The translations under genes were made by a program, and so were the position numbers. Below the pieces are notes generated by a model. The model worked only from the letters and a program-made list of their open reading frames with translations. It was not told the origin of the DNA and did no database searches. Positions 15,379 to 22,929 of a stretch of DNA of 64,000 nt are shown here, piece after piece. This DNA is from Saprospiraceae bacterium (GTDB lineage Bacteria; Bacteroidota; Bacteroidia; Chitinophagales; Saprospiraceae). Every line of letters begins with the position of its first letter. Positions within the stretch are counted from its first letter, which is position 1. The stretch spans positions 912 to 64,911 of the forward strand of contig JBGSWN010000121.1 in the NCBI GenBank assembly GCA_041752395.1, given 5' to 3'.

Positions 15379-18126
15379 ATGAAACAACGCTTCACAATTT
15401 TGCTCTGTTCGGCTTTCCTTTGCTGCGCAAACAGCCTGTTCGCACAACCCTCCAACAACGAATGTGCCAACGCACAGCCACTAAGCAACCTCAACAACTG
15501 GTGCTCTGCCGCCGCTGGCTTCACCAACGTGGGCGCCACATTGAGCAACGTCACAAACCCTGGTTGTTTTCCTTCGGGAAATGCGGACGTTTGGTTCTCC
15601 TTTGTTGCGCAAGCCAACACCGTCAACATTCGGGTCGTCGGCGCTACGGGCGGAAATACCCCCCCGGGCGGCTCCCTCATGGAACCACAGTTTGCACTTT
15701 ACAGCGGCACTTGCAACGCCCTGACCCTTGTGCAGTGCGCCTCCGATGCCTTCGGCCTCAACATCGCCGAGACCTTTGCCGGGCCGCTCACCGTCGGCCA
15801 AACCTACTATATTCGGGTGGATGCACGAAACAACAACACGGGCACTTTCAAGCTCTGTATCAACAACTACAATGCCGTGCCAGAACTCAGCGGCGACTGC
15901 CCCACTGGCGTGATTCTTTGCGACAAATCACCCTTCAGTGTGGAGCTGGCAGTGGGCGCTGGCAGTGACCCGAACGAGGTGGACCCCAGCACTTGCATTA
16001 ACGCCGAAATCGCTTGCTCTTGGTACCGTTGGACCTGCAAAGATGCCGGAACCCTCACATTTACCATCACGCCAAATAATTCCACAGACGATATTGACTT
16101 TGCCGTTTACGAACTGCCGGGTGGCCTCGGCGATTGTGCAAACAAGGAAGTCGTGCGTTGCGAAGCAGCCGGAGAGAATGTTGGGTCACCTTTTCCTGAT
16201 TGGCAAAATTGCTCTGGTCCTACAGGCTTGGCACTTTCTGAAAATGATGTCACTGAAGTCCCGGGCTGTCCAGTTGGGCAGAACAATTTCGTGGCGGCAC
16301 TCGATATGGTCGTGGGCAAAAGCTACGCCCTCGTCATCAATAATTTTAGCGAATCCGGCAATGGCTTTTCCATTGAGTTTGGTGGCACAGGCACTTTCCT
16401 CGGCCCTACTGCCGATTTTACCGTTGCTCCGCAAACGATTTGCCAGAACTCCACCATCACTTTCACCGATAATTCCAACTCTCTTGACGCCATCACTTTC
16501 TGGCAATGGAACTTCGGCATTGGCGCCAGCCCCGCCACCGCTACTGGCAAAGGCCCGCACACCGTGACCTACAACACACCCGGCACAAAGTCCGTCGCAC
16601 TGACCATCACCAATGAGGAAGGCTGCCAAGTGACGGACATCGAAACCATCAACGTGCTGCCGCTGCCGGAGGTTGACCCGACCCTGCTCGACGACTATTG
16701 CGGACCCGACGACAACACGGGCGCCGTGATTTTGTCGCCTTCCGGCGATGGACAACCGTACACCTACGACTGGACTGGAACCGGCGTTTTTACCAATGAC
16801 AGCTCGCTGGTTGACTTGGCTTCGGGCGATTATACCGTCGTCGTGCAGACCGCCAACGGCTGCACCCAGAGCTTTGATTTCACGGTGGAAGAAGGCTTGA
16901 GCCTCGCTGCTGGCGTTGACCCAGTGTCGCCGCCCACCTGCAACGGCGACTCGGATGGCAGCATTTCCATCACCATCCAAATCGCAAACCCGCCAGTTAC
17001 TTTCGACTTCGGCAACGGCCCACAATCGAGCAATACCTTTAGCGGAATCCCCGCTGGAACTTACAACGTTCAGGTCGTGGATGGCCAAGGCTGCGCTGGT
17101 AATTTCACCATCGAAGTAGTGGATTTTCCACCGTTGGACTTAGGCATTGCCCCAATTGACATCAGTTGTTTTGGGGCAAATGACGGCACCATTTCCATCC
17201 TGCCCACGGGTGGGGCAGGTGGCTATTCCTATCTTTGGAGCAATGGTGCCACCACTTCCAGCATCTCAGACCTTGCCGCAGGCAACTACTCCGTCACCGT
17301 CACGGATGAGAATGGTTGCTCCGCAACCGCCGAGGCCGACATTATTGAACCGGAGCCCTTAACGGCTACCCTAGAAACCGTGGACGTGATTTGTTTTGGG
17401 GATGAAACGGGCGTGATCACCGTCACTGCCACAGGTGGCACACCGCCATTCGAGTACAGTTCCAACGGCACTGATTTTCAAACTGACCCTGCCCTCATCA
17501 ACCTCGGCGGCGGCACCTACGACGTGGTGGTGCAGGACAGTAGGGGCTGCACGTTCACCATCCCCGGCACCATCAACCAGCCGCCGCCCATCATCGTGGA
17601 GGCTGGTAACGACCAGACGATTGACCTTGGCTACTCCGCCAATTTGGTTGCCACTGTTTTACCTCCAACGCTTCCTGTGACGCTGAGTTGGGTGCCCTCG
17701 GAGTCGCTGAGCTGCGCCGACTGCCTGCGCCCGGAAGCTACCCCGTACCTCACCACGACTTACACCCTCACCGCCACCGACGAGAATGGCTGCACAGGCA
17801 GCGACTCGGTGACGGTCTTCGTAATTTTGGTGCGCCCGGTGTACATCCCGAACGTCTTTTCGCCGAACGGCGACGGCCTCAACGATTTCTTCACCGTCTT
17901 CGGGGGCAAAGCCGCCAAAACCATCAGAACGCTCAAGGTCTTCGACCGCTGGGGCGACAATGTCTTTGTGGGAACCGACCTCCCGCTGAACGACGAGCCG
18001 CTCGGCTGGGATGGTGTTTTTCGGGGAAAGCTGATGGACACGGGCGTGTTCGCCTACCTTGCCCAAGTGGAGTTTGTGGATGGCGTGGTGGTGCTCTTCA
18101 AAGGTGACGTGATGATTATTAGGTGA
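15379..18126 (+). CDS. Large surface protein with PKD domain, SprB repeats and T9SS type B (gliding-motility) C-terminal domain
   Basis: Signal peptide MKQRFTILLCSAFLCCANSLFAQ. SprB-type repeats include CFGANDGTISILPTGGAGGYSYLWSNGATTSSISDLAAGNYSVTVTDENGC. The C-terminus reads VYIPNVFSPNGDGLNDFFTVFGG...KVFDRWGDNVF...GVFAYLAQVEF...KGDVMIIR. Confidence 0.88.
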   Translation: MKQRFTILLCSAFLCCANSLFAQPSNNECANAQPLSNLNNWCSAAAGFTNVGATLSNVTNPGCFPSGNADVWFSFVAQANTVNIRVVGATGGNTPPGGSLMEPQFALYSGTCNALTLVQCASDAFGLNIAETFAGPLTVGQTYYIRVDARNNNTGTFKLCINNYNAVPELSGDCPTGVILCDKSPFSVELAVGAGSDPNEVDPSTCINAEIACSWYRWTCKDAGTLTFTITPNNSTDDIDFAVYELPGGLGDCANKEVVRCEAAGENVGSPFPDWQNCSGPTGLALSENDVTEVPGCPVGQNNFVAALDMVVGKSYALVINNFSESGNGFSIEFGGTGTFLGPTADFTVAPQTICQNSTITFTDNSNSLDAITFWQWNFGIGASPATATGKGPHTVTYNTPGTKSVALTITNEEGCQVTDIETINVLPLPEVDPTLLDDYCGPDDNTGAVILSPSGDGQPYTYDWTGTGVFTNDSSLVDLASGDYTVVVQTANGCTQSFDFTVEEGLSLAAGVDPVSPPTCNGDSDGSISITIQIANPPVTFDFGNGPQSSNTFSGIPAGTYNVQVVDGQGCAGNFTIEVVDFPPLDLGIAPIDISCFGANDGTISILPTGGAGGYSYLWSNGATTSSISDLAAGNYSVTVTDENGCSATAEADIIEPEPLTATLETVDVICFGDETGVITVTATGGTPPFEYSSNGTDFQTDPALINLGGGTYDVVVQDSRGCTFTIPGTINQPPPIIVEAGNDQTIDLGYSANLVATVLPPTLPVTLSWVPSESLSCADCLRPEATPYLTTTYTLTATDENGCTGSDSVTVFVILVRPVYIPNVFSPNGDGLNDFFTVFGGKAAKTIRTLKVFDRWGDNVFVGTDLPLNDEPLGWDGVFRGKLMDTGVFAYLAQVEFVDGVVVLFKGDVMIIR

Positions 18127-18129
18127 GGG

Positions 18130-18265
18130 GATTTACGATTTTACGACTGACGATTTACGACTGGGCACACAGCTCAAATGGAAAAGGGTAGGAAGCGCTT
18201 TGCTTCGTACCCTTTTTCGTTATTGGTTGCGGACTCAATCGTAAATCCAAAATCGTAAATCGTCA
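18130..18265. repeat. Inverted GATTTAC-type repeat arms bracketing a bidirectional terminator
   Basis: The left arm is GATTTACGATTTTACGACTGACGATTTACGAC (18130-18161). The right arm is CAATCGTAAATCCAAAATCGTAAATCGTCA (18236-18265). Both share TGACGATTTACGA or its complement. Confidence 0.8.
18182..18217. terminator. Bidirectional rho-independent terminator between convergent genes
   Basis: AAAAGGGTAGGAAGC-gcttt-GCTTCGTACCCTTTTT, with A and T runs on either side. Confidence 0.8.
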
Positions 18266-18266
18266 T

Positions 18267-18896
18267 TCATTTCACTTCACAAGCAAGCAACTGCTCCTCC
18301 TTCCCGTCCACTGTTTTCACAAAGCCCTCCAGTTGGTCGCCAATTTTCACAGGCCCAACCCCGGCAGGCGTGCCTGTGAAGATGAGGTCGCCTTGCAGCA
18401 GCTTGAAATATTGGGAAACATAGGTGATGATGTTTCCGAAGGAAAAAAGCACATCACGGGTGTTGCCGTGCTGCACGGTTTCGCCATTTTTTTTCAAAAA
18501 AAACTCAATGTTTCCGCCACTGTTGACCCGGTGCAGGGGAACAAACTTGCCCAGCACCGCCGAATTGTCGAAGCCCTTGGCAATCTCCCATGGGTGGCCT
18601 TTTTTCTTGAGTTCCTCCTGCACGTCACGAGCGGTGAAGTCAATGCCTAGCGCCACTTCCTCGTAGTAGCTGTCGGCAAATTCCGGCTGGACGGCCTTTC
18701 CGTTTTTGCAGATTTTCAGCACCACCTCGCATTCGTAGTGGAGGTCTTTCGTGAAATCTGGGTAGTAAAACGGCTTCTCGTTCACCAGCAGCGCCGATGG
18801 TGGCTTCATGAACACGACGGGTTTGCCGACTGGCACGGGGTTATTGAGTTCTTTGGCGTGGTCGGCGTAATTTCTACCAATGCAGATTATTTTCAT
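18267..18896 (-). CDS. Fumarylacetoacetate hydrolase (FAH) family protein
   Basis: Start at MKIICIGRNYADHAKELNNPVPVGKPVVFMKPPSALL. GHPWEIAKGFDNSAVLG and LQGDLIFTGTPAGVGPV are typical of the FAH family. Confidence 0.88.
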   Translation of the reverse strand: MKIICIGRNYADHAKELNNPVPVGKPVVFMKPPSALLVNEKPFYYPDFTKDLHYECEVVLKICKNGKAVQPEFADSYYEEVALGIDFTARDVQEELKKKGHPWEIAKGFDNSAVLGKFVPLHRVNSGGNIEFFLKKNGETVQHGNTRDVLFSFGNIITYVSQYFKLLQGDLIFTGTPAGVGPVKIGDQLEGFVKTVDGKEEQLLACEVK

Positions 18897-19070
18897 ATTG
18901 CGGTGATTGGTGATTGGTGATATTAAGAAAAACTTTTTCGACGCTGATTTTTTAAGATTTTTATGATGAATTATGTTGCTGGACGTACCGTCCAGCATAA
19001 AAAATCATAAAAATCAGCGTCTTTCAGCGTCAAAAAACATGCGTCAGATTTTTTCTTAACGCCACCAATT
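18895..19070. repeat. Nested palindromic intergenic element (heptads GGTGATT x3, an ~82-nt imperfect hairpin and an outer inverted repeat)
   Basis: GGTGATT GGTGATT GGTGATA lies at 18902-18922. The hairpin spans 18940-19021 (GACGCTGATTTTT...TGCTGGACG-tac-CGTCCAGCA...AAAAATCAGCGTC). The outer arms are GATTGGTGATATTAAGAAAAA and TTTTTCTTAACGCCACCAATT. Confidence 0.8.
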
Positions 19071-20079
19071 ACATTTTGACATTCATAAGCCCAGAAAGCT
19101 CCTTGACTTCTCTTATTGTCTCTTGCGCCCGTTTGCGGATAATAGCAGAGGATTCCCGGATTTGCTCTTTCATGGCTTTTTTATCAGCGTTCAACTCAGC
19201 CCGTTTTTCACGGAAGCTGGCACTCAATTGGGCCAATGATTCGGCGACGACCTCCTTGAGTGGGGCGTATTTCAAGGCACCAGCGTTGTAGTCGTCCATC
19301 AGGGAAGCGTGGGCCTCCATATTGCCAGCAGCTTTAAGCAGCCTGAAGAGGTTGGCGACGCCAGCGCTCATTTCCCCGGCTGGGGTATCACCTGTGTCGG
19401 TTACAGCACTTTTGATTTGCTTGCGCAAAACGGCATCTTCGGCGAAGACGTTGATGTAATGCTTATCTCCGGCGCTTTTGCTCATTTTCTTCGAGGGGTC
19501 GGCGGTGGATTTAACGCTCGGCGTCTCAGTGTTCAGCGAAGCTGGCAGCACGAAATATTCCTTTCCCACTTGGTTGTTGAAGCGCTGCGCAATATTGCGA
19601 CTGAGTTCCAGGTGCTGCTCCTGGTCTTTGCCGACCGGCACATAGTCCGCCCGATAAATCAGGATGTCGGCGGCCTGCAAAACGGGGTAATCGAACAGGC
19701 CGACAGAGATGAAGCCCTCGGCCTTCTCCTCGCTCTGGGCGCTTTTGTCCTTGAACTGCGTCATGCGGCTCACGTTGCCGAAGGAGGCGAAGCAGTTGAA
19801 AATCCAGCCGAGTTCCACATGTTCTGGTATCAGCGACTGGATGAAAAGGTTCTCTGCTTTGACACCCACGGCCATCAGGTTGAGGATGAGGTCCCAGACG
19901 TTTTCCCGCAGCTTGGCGGGCACGTAGGGCATGCTCATGGCATGGTAGTCGGCAATGCCGTAGTAGCAGGTGTATTTCTCTTGGAGGTCCACCCAGTTCT
20001 TCACGGCACCGAAATAGTTGCCGTAGTGCATGTGGCCCGTGGGCTGGATGAGGGAAAGGACTGTTTTTTTCATTGTCAT
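19069..20079 (-). CDS. trpS: Tryptophan--tRNA ligase
   Basis: SLIQPTGHMHYGNYFGAVKNW is the HIGH-type motif, and KMSKS is present (DPSKKMSKSAGD). 336 aa. Confidence 0.93.
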   Translation of the reverse strand: MTMKKTVLSLIQPTGHMHYGNYFGAVKNWVDLQEKYTCYYGIADYHAMSMPYVPAKLRENVWDLILNLMAVGVKAENLFIQSLIPEHVELGWIFNCFASFGNVSRMTQFKDKSAQSEEKAEGFISVGLFDYPVLQAADILIYRADYVPVGKDQEQHLELSRNIAQRFNNQVGKEYFVLPASLNTETPSVKSTADPSKKMSKSAGDKHYINVFAEDAVLRKQIKSAVTDTGDTPAGEMSAGVANLFRLLKAAGNMEAHASLMDDYNAGALKYAPLKEVVAESLAQLSASFREKRAELNADKKAMKEQIRESSAIIRKRAQETIREVKELSGLMNVKM

Positions 20080-20095
20080 TTTTTTCTTAGGAACG

Positions 20096-20353
20096 TCAAT
20101 CGTTTTTTAATGGTTTCATGTTTCTTTTCCATTTCACCAAACCCACCACACTCGCCCCCACCCAAACCGCCTCCAGCACGACAAACGGCACCGACCCCAT
20201 CATCGCCGCCCCGACGGTAGCGAGTATGCCGCCAAACAGGTTCAGCAGCCAATAAGCAAGGCTCGCTTGGCTGATTTTATTGAAAGAAGAACCGAGGAAC
20301 GCCAGCAAAATCAAGCTGACGCCGAGGGCACTGAACAGGGTGGACTGGCTCAT
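20096..20353 (-). CDS. Small membrane protein (hypothetical)
   Basis: MSQSTLFSALGVSLILLAFLG... has 2-3 transmembrane helices. Its ATG overlaps the ridA stop in an ATGA arrangement (20350-20353), which suggests translational coupling. Confidence 0.6.
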   Translation of the reverse strand: MSQSTLFSALGVSLILLAFLGSSFNKISQASLAYWLLNLFGGILATVGAAMMGSVPFVVLEAVWVGASVVGLVKWKRNMKPLKND

Positions 20354-20733
20354 TTCACCGCAGCAATAACGGAGATTTCGATGTTGACGAATTTGGGCAG
20401 GTTGGCCACTTCCACGGTCTCCCGTGCGGGCGCCCAAGTTGGGTCGAAGTACTCGGCGTACACGGCATTGATGCGGGCAAAGTCGTGCATGTTTTTGATG
20501 AAAACACTAGCTTTCAGCACATCCTGGTAGGTGCAGCCTGCCGCTTCTAGGATGGCACCGACGTTTTTCAGCACTTGGTGGGCTTCATCTTCCAAACTGC
20601 CCTGAAGCAGCTCGCCAGTGGCGGGCACGATGGCAATTTGGCCAGAGGCATAGAGGATTCCGTTGTGGATGACGGCTTGGTTATAGGGGCCAATGGCGCC
20701 GGGAGCATTGGGGGTGGAAATGATTTTTTTCAT
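20350..20733 (-). CDS. ridA: RidA family reactive-intermediate deaminase
   Basis: MKKIISTPNAPGAIGPYNQAVIHNGILYASGQIAIVPATGEL...PARETVEVANLPKFVNIEISVIA is a canonical YjgF/RidA sequence. Confidence 0.92.
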   Translation of the reverse strand: MKKIISTPNAPGAIGPYNQAVIHNGILYASGQIAIVPATGELLQGSLEDEAHQVLKNVGAILEAAGCTYQDVLKASVFIKNMHDFARINAVYAEYFDPTWAPARETVEVANLPKFVNIEISVIAAVK

Positions 20734-20851
20734 AAAAATGAGTGGATGACAGGTTGAGTGAATGGGCGAAGGTATTAAAAACAGAGAAAGCCCCTTATCC
20801 AACTTTCGTTGGACAGGAGCTTTTAGATTTTAGATGCTGCTTGGCCGGGGC

Positions 20852-21049
20852 TTATTCCTGGTCTTCCTTGGATTTTACCAGAATCTTGCCTTTGTAGCGC
20901 ATGTTTCCCTCACTATCCGTGTAGGCATGGTGGAAAATATGCGTTTCGCCAGTGGCTTGACACTTGGCAATTGTTGGCATTGCGGCACGGTCGTGAGCCC
21001 GGCGGGTGCGGGTACGCTGCTTCGAATGTTTATTTCTAGGATTTGGCAT
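20852..21049 (-). CDS. rpmF: 50S ribosomal protein L32
   Basis: MPNPRNKHSKQRTRTRRAHDRAAMPTIAKCQATGETHIFHHA, 65 aa, downstream of yceD as in most bacteria. Confidence 0.93.
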   Translation of the reverse strand: MPNPRNKHSKQRTRTRRAHDRAAMPTIAKCQATGETHIFHHAYTDSEGNMRYKGKILVKSKEDQE

Positions 21050-21061
21050 CGCTATTTGTAT

Positions 21062-21148
21062 TTAAGACTTTAGAAATTAGACGTTAGATTATAGACGGAA
21101 TCGGTGGAACATCATCTAATGTCTTTTGTCTAATATCTACGGTCTGTT
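21062..21148. repeat. Inverted pair of five-unit heptad arrays (TTAGAC type) filling the yceD-rpmF spacer
   Basis: TTAAGAC TTTAGAA ATTAGAC GTTAGAT TATAGAC, then a 17-nt spacer, then ATCTAAT GTCTTTT GTCTAAT ATCTACG GTCTGTT. Confidence 0.85.
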
Positions 21149-21152
21149 TATG

Positions 21153-21671
21153 TCAATTATCATTTTGAAGGCCCTTCAATGCGTCCCAAATGGAGGTGGA
21201 AGAACTTGGTTCGTCCTCGCTCTCCTCTTGTTTCAGGAATTTCAACATTTCCGGGTCACATTCCTCGTCGGCGTCGTCGTGGGTTTTTGCAATCGGTACA
21301 GCAAGGTTGATGAACTCGTAAATGTACGAAGCCACGTTCAGCCTTGGTGTCTCCCTTAGGATGTAGATGATGTCTGCATCCTCCCACTCCTTCTCATCGA
21401 ATTTCACCAACAACATTTCGTCGGCTTCGATGGGCAGGTCGAACTCCTCCAAGCAGCGGTCACAGGCGGTTTTCACCGTGCCGTCTAGTTCAAAGGTCAT
21501 GGTGTACATGTCGGATTGCTTGTCGAAAACGAAATGTACCGCCACGTCTCCATCCTTAATTGGTGACTCTGGAAAGCACTGGAAAAACGACGAATCTATA
21601 ATGAAATCGTACTCGTGGATACCGTTGTGCAACCCTGAAACCGGGATGGTGAAGTGCTCTAAAATGTCCAT
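21153..21671 (-). CDS. yceD: YceD/DUF177 family protein (large-subunit rRNA accumulation protein)
   Basis: 172 aa with an acidic C-terminus and the CDRCLEEFDLPI motif. It sits directly upstream of rpmF. Confidence 0.85.
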   Translation of the reverse strand: MDILEHFTIPVSGLHNGIHEYDFIIDSSFFQCFPESPIKDGDVAVHFVFDKQSDMYTMTFELDGTVKTACDRCLEEFDLPIEADEMLLVKFDEKEWEDADIIYILRETPRLNVASYIYEFINLAVPIAKTHDDADEECDPEMLKFLKQEESEDEPSSSTSIWDALKGLQNDN

Positions 21672-21955
21672 TTTTAAAGAACTTTTTTAAAAGGAGCGCA
21701 AAGATAGGCTGTTTTTTCAGATTTTGGGTTTGCGCATTCAGTTTTTTTTATTGGTAAATTAGCTGGCCGTAATTGCCGCTTAAAATTCAAGCCATTTTTC
21801 CACAGCCAAAAAGTCACTGACCGCCTATTTTTTCGCAAAAAACAATACAATTTTGCATAATCAATTGAATATCATACATTTGGCGGACTACTTTGAAGGG
21901 ACTTGGCTGCGGATTTGGCAGCTCAACATACTAACATCATAAGAGAAAAACGACT

Positions 21956-22843
21956 ATGAGGGGTTTAATCATTGGCTTCCTGTTTTTACTTGCCTACGCC
22001 ATTCCGGCACGTTGGTACTTCGTTTGCCAGCTTCGGCACCACTGCGGCGACGAGCCTGCGGTCGTTGCGCCCACACGCCCGATGACACTTTCCTTGCACG
22101 ACGGCGACAAGACCATATTACAAGGTTACGAGCAGTTTGGCTTTGCCCCTAACTCATTTCAACCTGACCTCTCTGCCAACAACCAAGCGTTTTTGGCGAA
22201 AGTGGCGGAATACCTGAAAGCAAATCCTGACAAAAAAATCACCCTCACGGGGCGCTTCCTGCCTTCAGAAAGCATTGCGAAAAGTGGCATCTTCGAAAAT
22301 ATCGGTATCGCCCGAGCCGCTGCCGTAGAGCAGCTTTTGGTAAAATTGGGCGTTTCGGAAAAACGCTTTTCCATTGATTATCAAAAGGTTATAGGTACAA
22401 CTTTGGAAGAGCCAATCTCCTTCAACCTTTTCAGCCCGAAGCCTGACGACTACGACCGTCCGGTTTACAGCTTCAAGGACAATACCTTTTCCGACGCCAA
22501 TTTCGCCTTCGGCTCCGACGAGTTCAAGCCCGGCGAGCAGTGCATACTCTATGCAGATTCGGTAAAAACCTTTTTGGGTACCAATCCGACCATGATGCTG
22601 ACTATCACGGGACATACAGACAGCATTGGCACCGAAACCAATAACCTCAACCTTGGCCTGCGGAGGGCAAAAAATGCCGCTGCCTATTTCCGGGAATTGG
22701 GCGTGAAATCCGAAATCATTTCCACCACAAAGGGAGAAGAACTGCCCGTAGCGCCTAACACGGTTGACGGCAAGGACAACCCCGAAGGCCGCCAAAAAAA
22801 CCGACGGGTGAATTTTAAAATTGAAGAAAAAACTGCTCAATAA
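21956..22843 (+). CDS. OmpA-family peptidoglycan-associated protein
   Basis: N-terminal transmembrane segment or signal anchor. The C-terminal OmpA-like domain reads ITGHTDSIGTETNNLNLGLRRAKNAAAYFRELGV...GRQKNRRVNFKIE. Confidence 0.88.
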   Translation: MRGLIIGFLFLLAYAIPARWYFVCQLRHHCGDEPAVVAPTRPMTLSLHDGDKTILQGYEQFGFAPNSFQPDLSANNQAFLAKVAEYLKANPDKKITLTGRFLPSESIAKSGIFENIGIARAAAVEQLLVKLGVSEKRFSIDYQKVIGTTLEEPISFNLFSPKPDDYDRPVYSFKDNTFSDANFAFGSDEFKPGEQCILYADSVKTFLGTNPTMMLTITGHTDSIGTETNNLNLGLRRAKNAAAYFRELGVKSEIISTTKGEELPVAPNTVDGKDNPEGRQKNRRVNFKIEEKTAQ

Positions 22844-22929
22844 TCTAATTGATAAAGGCCAGAAAAACTTTTAAAGAGTTGATAATCAACTAATTGAAAT
22901 CCATTTTGACCAATTTCTAAAACAACAAC

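Noticed and set aside
16186-17088. 300-aa minus-strand ORF inside the SprB/PKD protein gene
   Set aside because: It is a shadow ORF opposite a repeat-rich gene with strong domain signatures, and its translation is Gly/Ala/Arg-rich.
19309-20220. 303-aa plus-strand ORF
   Set aside because: It lies antisense to trpS, which has HIGH-type and KMSKS motifs, and to the small membrane protein gene.
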